A DNA stretch of 63,358 bases, filler included, from Lenisia limosa (lineage: Eukaryota > Protista > Breviatea): assembly GCA_001655205.1 (NCBI GenBank). It is 4 parts of 4 records of this genome, joined end to end, with 100 filler letters (N's around TTAATTAATTAA, not from the genome) between each part and the next. Parts side by side here need not be neighbours in the genome. Positions count along the whole stretch, not along the records: positions 1 to 15,635 come from LPNZ01011060.1; 3 more parts are not named here. One strand, given 5' to 3'. Position 1 is the first letter of the stretch. Each line of letters begins with the position of its first letter. Both the position numbers and the translations under genes were made by a program. Shown here in pieces: positions 1 through 11,193 of this stretch. Under the pieces are notes generated by a model. The model saw only the letters and a program-made list of their open reading frames with translations. It was not told the DNA's origin and made no database searches.

Positions 1-92
1 ATAGGGTAAGGGTGCTGACAAGGAGAGTACAGGATAAACATCTCTGAGATCTAGGGGAAAGTGTTTGTGTCAACAGGAGGGAGTAGGCTTAC

Positions 93-2030
93 GCGGAGTA
101 TACGATTGCTCCTAGGAAAGCCACAATAACAACGAAACGCACTTCCGCGACGGTCATTGGGGAGCTGGTTGGGGAAGGGGAGTAAAAATGGAAAATTTTG
201 AATTCTTTTTGAGAAATTCGGAATCCTAAAATCTGCACTAAATTGTGTATTATAGCAAGGCACTTGATTCCATCGCTCACATATCTCCATATCCGATTGA
301 GATGAGCTGAAAAGGTGAATAGGCAGAAGAAAAGAATGGTAACATAAAAACATGTCTCCATACTACCCAAACCCTCCAACAGTAATGACGGACCAATAGA
401 GGGCGTAAAGGTAAATGGTGTTGTCTTCAGCCCCTTCAAGACCTTCTGACTCGATCCACCCGCCAGCTGGGTGTGGGTGAAATAAACAATATTATGGTAT
501 AGGTGAATAAGGGGAGAAATGAAATGTATACGATTAGGGGGAAATGAGTGGACAAAGAACTGGTTAGAAAACAGTAAAAATCCCGGGATATCAGCCTCAA
601 ACGGCCTACCTTCATCTTTGCCCACAATGTACCATGCACATGCAACCCAGTGTGACACTAAGAAGAACAGAATCTAAAAGGATGACTGAAGAGACGTTAA
701 CAGAGATCACCTCTCCAATATGTTAATCTTTCGAGAACCACTCTTGTCTTCTGTACCACGCAACATATATAGCATCACGCTCACCATCAAGGTTACGAGT
801 CGGAATATGTTGGCTGAAGAGAGCTGATCCAACTTCTCAGGTTTCAGCATTCTGCAAACATTAATAGTCTTGAATTTGGAATCCCATCCCTCCTACTAGC
901 TTACTCCCCGCAGTAATCCCATCCCTCCTACTAGTAGCTTACTCCCCGCAGTAATCCCCCAGTACCGTGTAAGTCGAGCAAGACGGGTCAGTTTAACCAG
1001 GCCGAAGTCCACACCAAAGAAGACAAGAATGTCGTAGAGTGGAATTGAACCGACAAGATCGACCCAAAACCATTCTGAAGATGGGGTCAAGAACATGACT
1101 GTGATTAATGGGGATTAATCGCAAGTGGATGTAATAAAGTGTAACATTATGAAATATCATGTAATTACGATGTAGCTACATTTGAAGGTGTTTGATACGA
1201 CAGCATTATCATGAGCAACGTGTCACTTACTTTTAAGATAGTTTTGTGCGATAACTTTAGGGGTGAAAATAACACGCGCGATTCCCTAAAATGATCATAA
1301 CAAAAAAAGACAATCAAAATGAAAATCTGCCAAAATGTTGAGACAAGAACAAAGGACCCCCCTTCTCCAAGACAATATTAAAAATAATTGATATTGAATC
1401 TTTGCTTTGGTCCAAGATTAAAATGTGAAATTAATATAGAATCAAGAAATATCACCATTAATCCGACCTGATACCAAACAACTGTGTCAAAACATTGCAC
1501 AAATGAGGCCCAAGTTTACTCGGGGGTGGCAATGTAATGCAACTGGGGAATATTGCCATCCCAGCATTTCTCGCAAAAGACCGGCCCACGCTCACCACTC
1601 GGAAACCCGTGCGGAAGTTCAGCACAATGTCTGTAATGAAGAGGAGGTCAATGAACAATGGGAGGTACCCTGGGAGGCGAGAATGGCCAAAGGCAAGGTC
1701 GAATGGCGACTCAATGGCATTTACAATGACAAGGCAGATGATCATCCAGTCCCTGAGATAGTTATATTTAGAGGCTGTGGAAATTGCCGACTATCGGTTG
1801 TTCTAAAAAATCTTCGACATTGTGCAATTAAATTGAATTTGCAACTTCGGAAAGTCATTGCATGAAATATTCCCATAACCCTTTGGAAACTCAGAATTAA
1901 TTGCACAAAATTGGGAGGATGAATGCCCTCCACCCACCAGGTTTGCTTCCAGGTTTCATTTGGAGAGATAACAAAGTGGTTCTCCGGCTTTTTCAAGTCA
2001 GACTCCTTGAAGTCCGGCAACTGGCTCACA
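93..2030 (-). CDS. Voltage-gated K+ channel, cyclic-nucleotide-gated/KCNH(EAG)/AKT-like superfamily; multi-exon; C-terminus runs off the left edge and the N-terminus may extend further right
   Basis: Spliced exons give FVISPNETWKQTW-DWMIICLVIVNAIESPFDLAF..FIDLLFITDIVLNFRTGF (S1-S2), WFWVDLVGSIP..LVKLTRLARLTR (S3-S4), LSHWVACAWYIVG (S5), YLYALYWSVIT|LISIGYGDI|SPMTVAEVRFVVIVAFLGAIVYSA (pore, GYGD filter, S6). GT-AG phases are consistent across the pore exons (610-657, 381-466, 281-306, 93-164). Confidence 0.9.
880..952. repeat. Imperfect tandem duplication (35/38 bp) inside a channel-gene intron
   Basis: aatcccatccctcctac(tag)tagcttactccccgcagt occurs twice in tandem. Confidence 0.9.
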
Positions 2031-3918
2031 CTGCGCGAAACTGAAATCGTAAAACTAAATTCAGAATTCAAATAACTTTGTATTACGTTTAGCGCTACGT
2101 AAACAATGAAGCATGCTGCTCAATCTCAAGGAAAAATTCAAGGGACGTCTAAGAGAGGAATTCCTACGACACTAAAGCACAACCTCTAGAACGCAGTATA
2201 TCTCCATTTCATTCCCAAGTCAACTTCAATGAAAGAATAAAATACCCCAAGAGAACCTGCCCGTGAAAAGAGAAATTCCTTTATTCGGCCGTTCACTATC
2301 CAGAGGGTGCATGTGATCACATTAATAACAAAGAGATCACGCTCAACACATCTCCCTCCCTCATACACGCAGGGTTGGAAAACAGCCTTTCTTCATTGAT
2401 GTGTCGCGAGCGACCTGCACGAGGAGGTACCGGCATCAGGCGAGATGGACCGGTTTGGAGCTACAAATGGAATTTCAACTGTGGCAACACGGGTGGTGCG
2501 CCTTTTGACCGCGTTATGCAGCAGAATATACAATTGATATATTAAAACATCGTTATAAGGTGGCGGATGATGTAGAAGAGCCTTAGAAGAAAGAGGGTAG
2601 GCGTTCAAATAGGACCAAGACTGGATGGACTGTGTATATACTATGTATTATAGAATTCTCTAACTTGAGTCTACTCATGAGGCTGCTTTCACAAGAGAAA
2701 AAAAAAAATGAAAAGGCCTGTGATCTTCGATCTGTCATCTAACGACTGAAAAGTGTGTATTAATTGATCAACTGCCTCTTCGCCGTTATCCAAATGCTTA
2801 ATATTGAATTTACATAGTTAAATATATTTTGATGGTAGCAGAGCTCCGGAACCCTCAGTTGCCGACACAATGTTACCCAACCCAGGAGTTCAACCGCTTT
2901 CGACACCCTATCAGCAGCCCTCGGCCCTGCCCTTCCAGCCAAGGAAAGATGATGCGACCACTGCTACCTCAATGGGGGGTTTCTCAGGTTTGGCATAATA
3001 CTTGTCGCCCTCATTTCTGTGTTTCTGTACTTTTGAAATGATTTCTCTCTCTCTCTCTCTCTCTTTTTTTTTTTTTTTTTTTTNNNNNNNNNNNNNNNNN
3101 NNNNNNNNNNNNNNNNNNNNNNNNNNNNNNNNNNNNNNNNNNNNNNNNNNNNNNNNNNNNNNACAAAAAATGATATGATATAAAGTTAAACACTCAGTCG
3201 ATGAATAGAGAAATGATAGCGGGAATTTGAAATAAAACGATGTTGAGGGAGCGGGTCAATAGATGAAATAGAAGAACCTAGAGATAACACAAGAGAAACG
3301 TGAAGCTTACCACAGCTTAAATATACTACTGTGAATATACATGTAATCTATTCCACATCTACATATATCCCAAAAAAGTGCGACATTATGGGACATAAAG
3401 ACAGAATCTTGTATCGTCCACCTCCTTCCTCTTCCTCGGACACAATTAACTAAAAAGTCAATTTAAACAAACATCAAAAATATGCGCAGCCCCACTCCCC
3501 CAAACTGCAAGATTCTGGTCTTCAGCCGACGAAATTGGCAATCCTCAACCGTACCAGCAGCAAGGGGAAAATCTAGACAGTATTAAGATTATGAGTAATT
3601 GTTTCTCGATAAGTAACAACCGTTTACCATTGGGCTCAACTACGAACTCATTCCCATCCTCCCAGGAATATAATGGTGATTCTGAAAAGTGTGAAAAAAT
3701 AAAACAAACCTAAGCTACCACGTTCCTCATTCGCTTTACGTCTGTTTCTTCCATCAATACAGCGTTTCCGCTCTCTGTTTGAATCTTTGTCATTTTGATC
3801 ATCCGTCTTTTCAGTTTCCGTTTCTTCATTTGTTTCACTACACCAATATATTCTAGTCTAGGTTTAAGCTCTTTATGAATAACAACAGTAAACAAACAAA
3901 CTAATCGTTGTGTAGGCA

Positions 3919-3999
3919 ACATCATTACGACGTGAAGGGGTTAAGACATCATTACGACGTGAAGGGGTTAAGACATCATTACGACGTGAAGGGGTTAAG
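3919..3999. repeat. 27-bp x3 perfect tandem repeat
   Basis: acatcattacgacgtgaaggggttaag repeated three times with no spacers. Confidence 0.95.
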
Positions 4000-4895
4000 A
4001 TTTGTTTCAACCTTAGGAGGTGAATGAGCTGTAGTGCTTGGCAACGTCGGCCAGGAGAAGTGCCTTCTTCACCGCCGTGGTGACAGTGGTGTAGACGAGG
4101 CAGTCATGACTTCGTGAGTGTTGACTGTTCCCCGAGAACCCAACGAAGATTGGGCTCTCGCCCTCTGTCTTGAGTTCAGCGATATCGATTTTATCTATGT
4201 ATGACGATAGACAACCACATGGCAGAGACAGAAAGAACAAAGAAACCAAAACCATAGCAGCAATACAGGTAGAGAGAGGCTTGAGAAGAGAGTAAATCGA
4301 CAGGATTAGAGGTCGAAGGCACCACAGTTCGGATCCACCAACCCACTGCGGAATCTGATGTCATTCAACAGCTGCCTCGGAAACACGCAAGTGATCACAG
4401 TGACTGCCCAATGACACGCTGTTTGGCCTCATACCATCTTAGAACCAAAAAAAGGATGTGCGTCGGGCCACAGTCGTCGGTATCCCTGCATTGGAAAGAA
4501 GTAAAGTGAAAAAACAGACGAGTTCTGAGATGAGCACTTGGTTGGCTTAGACTCGTACACCTCTAGCTTCACAGGGTTTGGTAGGTCCACTGAACACGTC
4601 TATCCGGGTTTCTGGCTCGAAATTGAACCTGTTTCTTTGATCAATGGGTGCAGTCGCAGTCATGACCAGAATATTGAATCAAGTATCAAGTGACAATGAG
4701 GTGAAAAATCATATACTAGTAGTATGTTTTTTTTAGGCAAACAGTCAAATAATTATGGTTACATGACATTACACTTTTCTTTCTACTCTCTTCTCGGTTT
4801 ATTAGCAAGGCAAGGAGTTTAAACCCATTTTGGTTCCACCTTGTCTGACATCCCAGCGTTATCGCCGTTAACACCATCACTTCCGGAAGCCTCAG

Positions 4896-7843
4896 AGGAA
4901 CTCTACGAGGAAGTGGAGGCTCTTCAGAGTATCTTTGAGAACGTGGGGGAGGGGGGTGTCATAAATCATTTCGATAGTTTCTGAAAAAGAGAATGATTGT
5001 TTGCAGATTCTCACCGTATTCAAAATGCCGAACGGAGTGAATCGTGGTAATTGCAATACGATGTATTCATCCCTTCTTAGGTTTTTCTTCAGATGTTCCA
5101 ATCACGATTTCTCATTTCCGTTACACACCTTGTCTCCCCATCAAAGTTTGCTGGTTTTAGGGGGTAGTGAGTGTTACTATTACTATAATTTGCCTTAACA
5201 CAGCTTTCTGCGTGCCTCCCCAGCATATTCAGTATGCTGGGGAGGCACGCAGAAAGCTGTGTTAAGGCAAATGATTGGGTGAATTAATGTTATACTATAA
5301 ATCAATATCTCTTAGAAGCGTGATGGTGTGGACGGNNNNNNNNNNNNNNNNNNNNNNNNNNNCACTTCAGTTGAGAAAGTGGCAATTCATTTTAGTTTTT
5401 GGAAACAGACTTGTTATCATGTGAGGGTTAGGTCGGAATGTTTTGTTCAATATTTCATATGATTGGGTAATATATACATTAAAATGTACAGTATTAATAG
5501 CGGCAGTCCTTTTAAGAAGTGAGGAATTATTTCGTCAAGGTTCAATCTTTTTCAGCTTCTCTTTGTTCTTGACTTTTTGGAAAGCAGAGAATATTATTCC
5601 TCTTCAACTATATAATATGATATTATGTTTTTCACATTCCATAGAACACTAAAGGTTTTGATCCTGTTACCGAAGGTGTACCCTGGAAGCAAACCCCCGG
5701 ATGTTGTGGCCACTATTAACGGGTGGGTGGTGCTATTAATGGGTTTGTACCCCAGTATCACACAATACCTTGCGGGGCCTTTTTTGCGGATCTTACACCC
5801 AGGTTTGAATTGACAAATTTGGACTTTTCCGACGTTTTCATTGAAGATTTCCCCGTTTGTTACCCCATCACATCGTCTCTCGTGGTATGCTTTTTGTGTT
5901 GGCTTCTTTGCGACCTAAAAATGAAAGTTGTATATTTAACTTGTGCTTAGTTTTGTTCAAAATTAAAGCTGAAATGGAGTTTTTGTTTTCCCACTTCAAA
6001 ATTCAACATTAATTTCTCAACAAGTTGATATTATGGGATTTATTGATCCCATTTAGGATACTGTCACAGAGGTACCTTGCTCAGTGTGTTTCGAAGAGTG
6101 TGTCAATGGCAACTTGCCATGCCTCCATCCCCTCTGTGATGTGGGTGGATTTGGTTGCATAGCTCTGGTCCAATCTATTCTGTATCACTCCAAGTACAAC
6201 AATTTACTTCCTTCGTTTAGTATAGGGTTCACATCCTTTAGCTGTTTTTATTTTTATTCTGTTTCTTGAATCAACCCAATCACAGCATCTTTTTCATGTT
6301 TTTGTTGAAAAATACCAAAATAACACCATTCATAATCCCAGGACTGCCTTGCTGAGTACTTCACCATTCATAACCCCAGGACTGCCTTGCTGAGTACTTG
6401 CGGACTAAAATTAGTGAAGGTGATTTCACTGAGATTCCCTGCCCTGTCCCTGAATGCCCTTCCATAGTTCCCGAGGCAGAGGTGAGTGGAATGAAAGTTA
6501 GGGTCTTTTTTCCAACTTTTGAGCTTATCTTCTGAAAAACAGGCTAGATTTCTCTGAAACTCCCAATTCACTCACGTGACAGTTTCGGAGGTTGCTTGAG
6601 ACGAACCTCTACTCCCGATATCTCGAGAGGTTAACCAGGAAGGCAGTTCGAGGTGAGGGGGTGGCTGATGTGATATGTAAATGGTTAGTCTCAAAGAAAC
6701 AACAGTCATATTACTATATGATATGATTGTGATGGTATAGTCTAGCTTCTTCAATTTCAACACATCTTTGGACTTTTTCTATTTCCCCTCTGACCCTTCA
6801 GAAATGGACGACATGACCTTTTGCCCGAAATGCAGCAACCCAGCGGATGTCACCGGCAAAATGGGTGGGTAAATCTTGTAGTACATGAGGGATTTACTGA
6901 TAAATCGGCTAATATGGTTTCAAAAATGAAGTTGCCAGTAAATATCTCTATATTCCTGTACTTCTTCCTATTTTCCAACTAAGTGTCTAGGCCATTGCCA
7001 CGAATGTCGATTTGAGTTTTGCGTTGCTTGTGGCGAAAGCTTCCACCCAGGTTTGTGAGATATCAAACTATCAATTTGATGAGCCCGAATATCAAAAACG
7101 GTTTCAGTTAATGCGGGCATACTTTTCTCAAAACTCATTGCGTAAGTGTCTTGTTTGGGACTGAATTGGATCTGATTATTTTGTGTCTAACTTCTCATTG
7201 CTCCTTATACACCCAGGTAAAAAATGCCTTTTAGAATCCGACTTGAAAGCGGCAGTTGAGGAGCTGAAGAAGGCTAAACACTCTCAGAAAGTCACACGTG
7301 TCGAAAACACAGTTAAAGAAAACCTTCAGAGCTTACTGTGAGCCTCAAGAGCACTGTCTTATTGCCGTTTTAGCAAATGGGCGACACTAGATTTGCAATA
7401 CATACTGCAAAAAAAAAAATTTAGATATAACGAAGAATGAGCTATGGATGCAGGCATAATATGATGTGAAATACTACCGAAATAAGACAAAAGTATTGCC
7501 ACTGAATTTGTTGGCAGTGTTGATTTTCTTAGACGGATTTCAGCTATCTGTCGCGCATGCCCTCATTGCAGCACCCCGATTGAGAAGAATATGGGGTGTA
7601 ACCATATGTGGTGTAGGGGGGGGGGGGNNNNNNNNNNNNNNNNNNNNNNNNNNNNNNNNNNNNNNNNNNNNNNNNNNNNNNNNNNNNNNNNNAAAAGGTA
7701 TCAGCTGCCGGAGGGGTTTCAATTGGGAAGATGCAATGTCGCTCTTCTGTGACGTAACTGAATCAAAAGAGAAGTATGAATCTTCAAAACTGTCGACAGT
7801 GACCCTGGTTGAGGTGAAAACCAATAAATTGTGGGGGGTCTGA
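4896..7843 (+). CDS. RWD-domain RBR (RING1-IBR-RING2) E3 ubiquitin ligase, RNF14-like architecture; the start may lie further upstream
   Basis: Exons: EELYEEVEALQSIFEN and LKVLILLPKVYPGSKPP (RWD); PCSVCFEECVNGNLPCLHPLCD|DCLAEYL..IPCPVPEC (RING1); FCPKCSNP..|GHCHECRFEFCVACGESFHP (IBR); CRACPHCSTPIEKNMGCNHM..CRRGFNW (RING2 with catalytic GCNHM); stop at 7841-7843. Confidence 0.9.
5188..5272. repeat. Perfect 40-bp inverted repeat (hairpin) with a 5-nt loop, intronic
   Basis: Arm 5188-5227 is the exact reverse complement of arm 5233-5272; the loop is ttcag. Confidence 0.95.
6324..6399 (+). repeat. 38-bp tandem duplication spanning an intron/exon acceptor junction
   Basis: caccattcataa(t/c)cccaggactgccttgctgagtactt twice; this creates two CAG acceptors, with exon starts at 6342 and 6380. 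Confidence 0.9.
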
Positions 7844-8425
7844 TGCTTCGTAACTATCACTGTGAGTCACCTAAAAACTAAGAGTATCCATTTTCATTCT
7901 CTAAAAAATAGGATTACTCTCATCAACAACCATAACTGTTTTGTTGACAACCTTTGATTTCTACAAATGCCAACTGGATACAATGCCCGTTGCTGATTAC
8001 CACTTTTCAGGGATATGAACCAGATTTCTGACGTCAAGTTGTCTCTTTGGGACTTGAACGGTGCCTTGATGATAAGTCTTTACGATCTTCAAACAAAGGG
8101 AAAGTTGACAGCCCATCCCGTATGCTGGAAATTGTTTTGTCACTTTTTGGATCATTTTCACACGTGTGAAGCAGTGATATGATATTCCAAAGCAACTTTT
8201 GTGATAATTGACCAATATCTCAATGATACTCTGATACACTCGGGATGAACCCTCATATATCCCCGTTCCTCATCTCGAAAGTCGGGGATATGGTCATATC
8301 ACAAGTGAATATGGTTCAGCATTTTTTGAAAAAATCATGGGTGTGGGATTAAATTGTTCTCTTTTTTGGATCCCCCCCTCTCCACAATCAGATCTTTACT
8401 ACAATACCATTTATTTCCCCTTTAG

Positions 8426-9183
8426 ACAGCGTCAAAGTACTTCAAAGACTTCACTGTGCAATGCCCCAATTGTGGCGGATTATATGTGCGGGTATGTCGA
8501 GGGTAACAATAAGGTTTGAAAGGTTATTCATTGACATGAGGGGGGGGGGTGACGAGATGTTTATTTATATATTTTACCACCATCAAGGTATCAAGCAGGG
8601 TTACACAGTACTGTATCTCGTGTCTGCGCCGGTTCTGTTCCATTTGCGGTGAACAAGGCAATAAAAGTGAGGGTCAAGTTGTGATTAGGATTCCAATGCT
8701 ATGTCAAGAAACAGTTTATCGAAAAACACTAATAATTATCTTTAATCTTCTAGGACAACTTGAACTTCACTTTCACAAGTCACGAATCGAAGGTATCTGT
8801 CTCTCTTTTCCCTTCTTTTGCAGTTTTGGTTGTTACAGACTCTTTTTTCACTTCACTATTTTGTGATCATAAGCACTATACTCTTTCTTTCTTGAGTTGC
8901 ATGAAAAATATGATAAATGATATCTGGCCCAAGCTTAACCTAATCCCTTAGCCCGTTGTCCAGAGATTGTTGAAGTGAATTTACCTGAAGTTGGGGGGGA
9001 GGGGATCACTCTCTCTATTATTTTCGACAAATGATGATTTCCCCTGTTATTTCGACAAATGATGATTTCCCCTGTTATTTCGACAAATGATGATTTCCCC
9101 TGTTATTGTTTGCAACAGAAACCTGCTTTACAGACGTAGGACATGATCGAACTTGCCCCTGCAGTTTACACGAGGGTGCTTGA
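8426..9183 (+). CDS. Cys-rich zinc-finger protein (IBR-like), partial model
   Basis: Exons KYFKDFTVQCPNCGGLYVR| and VTQYCISCLRRFCSICGEQGNK| form a CxxC..CxxC...FCxxC pattern; the 5' end is unresolved. Confidence 0.45.
9022..9105. repeat. 28-bp x3 tandem repeat, intronic
   Basis: tttcgacaaatgatgatttcccctgtta with period 28. Confidence 0.9.
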
Positions 9184-10374
9184 AATGAATGTGAGTGGTT
9201 GCTGGTGGTAGAGCATGAGATCGGTCTTTTAAATAGAATTGATTTCTCGAGATATTTAGAACCTCTCATGATCAAGATGCTTTACAACAAGCTGGTGGCC
9301 CTCTTGGATCAAAAGCCCAATTAGCTGAATGATTATGGTGTTTGAGTTTTTGTCTGTTTCTGTTTTTGATATCTATTTATTTGTTTCTTCTGACGCAGGA
9401 CTCATTCAGACCTCTTGTTTAAGATGTTTTAAAATATTTTAAGAACAGTCATCGACGTTTTCTGCTCCAATTATTCAAAAGAGGCAAGCATGGACTCCTT
9501 CCTAGCCAAGGGTAGTAGAGCTCGGGGTATTACATCTACTCTCCATCTCAATAAAATTCAAAGGACGGTGGCCTGGGACCTTCATCGAAATGATGAAACA
9601 GAAACCTACAGATCAGCACAACTTTTGGGGTGCAATTTCCTACACACACGCAAGACTGATTTCAAACAAAAAAAAAAATAGTTCGTTTGTGTTTTGACAA
9701 GTAAGTGGTTGCCACCATGAATCTTCACCACCTTCACACATCATACCATTTATTCCAGTCATTATTCAAGCCTTGCTTGTGAGTTATCCAATATTTACAC
9801 CTCTTAAAAAGAACAAACTCCATTGTCCAAATAAATAACAAAAAAATCCCACTAAATAATTAAATATGTGTCAAAACTTCAGGCTTCTCATGGCCCTAAA
9901 AAGTCAATGGAGCTGTGAACTGGTCCGAAAAGTACTTGATACGTGACAATCTGTCTGAGGCACAAAGAGACCCCCACTCGCATACACACACACCTTGGTT
10001 ATCTGTGCATCTTGCGATTGATAGTTGCTTTAGGCGTTTTGATTTTGCTGGGCGCCTTGGATTGCTTCTGCATTTGTTAGTGAAGGCTGTAAGCAATGAA
10101 AGATCACAGGCATGAAGCAAGAAGAACAAATACACACACACCAATTTCAGAAAAAAATCAAGAATAATAACTGCGGTGTTATATGTCAAATTTTACTTTC
10201 ACATTTATTATGACCGAGTTTGGTGAAGAAGATATGTGAGTCAAATGTGAGTTAAATGAAGTTGAGACAAAGGTCAAAGTAAGTAAATCTGTAAGAATGG
10301 AATTCCAAGTACACGCGGGCCTTTTTCTCAACAGCTTTCCCACAGCCCTAACTCGGTCTCCTTTAGCTATCATC

Positions 10375-10691
10375 CTCCTAACATCACCATAAACCATCAT
10401 AGAGACATCCTGCCCCACCTTGGTGTTTGCTGGAGTGTGAAGAGAAGAGGGCGTCTTGTGGGTTGAATCGACTTTGGGGTCTTGTTCGGCGACGGGAGCA
10501 GGCTGACCGCTTCCCTTCATTGCGTCCTTGTACATAACAGGCTCTCCGTTTTCGGCATGAGGGGTAACGTGCCGTTTCTTGAGGACAACCCAATCTTCTT
10601 CGGAGGAATGGTTGTCGGAGTCGCTGTTCTCTACTACAGGGTAGCCCAGCCATGACCCAATCGTTGAAAACACTGAAGTGACGGCGTACAT
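10375..10691 (-). CDS. Hypothetical low-complexity protein
   Basis: GC-richer open exon from ATG 10691 (MYAVTSVFSTIGSWLGYPVVENSDSDNHSSEEDWVVLK...ANTK|gtgggg); downstream exons uncertain. Confidence 0.4.
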
Positions 10692-11193
10692 CGCTTTCGG
10701 TGACGGGCGAAGAAAAAGACAAGAGCTGGAGTGTGTTTCACGGGTCAAAAAGGGTTGATTACTCAAGAACTTGAATTAATTTATTAGTTATAGCGTTGGT
10801 TTAATCAAATGAATGCAAAAAAATCCAGACTAATAGTAATAATAACATGTTTTAAACGTGGGGGAGCAATTAGTGTAATTTCCTTTTTAACCTTCCTGCT
10901 CCTCCCTCCTCCCAAGCTCTCTCCCTTCACTACCTCTATCAAGACATTGTGTAATTGTTGACTGGTATTGTTAGAAGAAGGAGGCATTTTCGTAGGTTCA
11001 CTCAGAGACATTGATCATCAGCAGATCCCATTAAGTTCTCCTCATATCGGCTTTCATTTAATGTATTATAAACAAGCAGTCACCTAAGTGTGCATAAATC
11101 CCTTTTATCATGGAGAATGCTCTGCTTTACTACTTTATTGACGTTTTGTAGCCATATTTATCTATCTGATGTTTTAGAATATTACCGGCCAAG

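Noticed and set aside
880-952. Duplicated GTAAGC donor in the channel gene
   Set aside because: Phase analysis needs the donor at RLT(cg)|gtactg upstream, so the duplication is wholly intronic.
3919-3999. 27-bp repeats as a CRISPR array
   Set aside because: Directly tandem with no spacers, no cas genes, and a eukaryotic context.
4013-4660. Exon-like blocks between the channel and RBR genes
   Set aside because: Plausible open GT-AG exons on both strands; cannot assign without cDNA.
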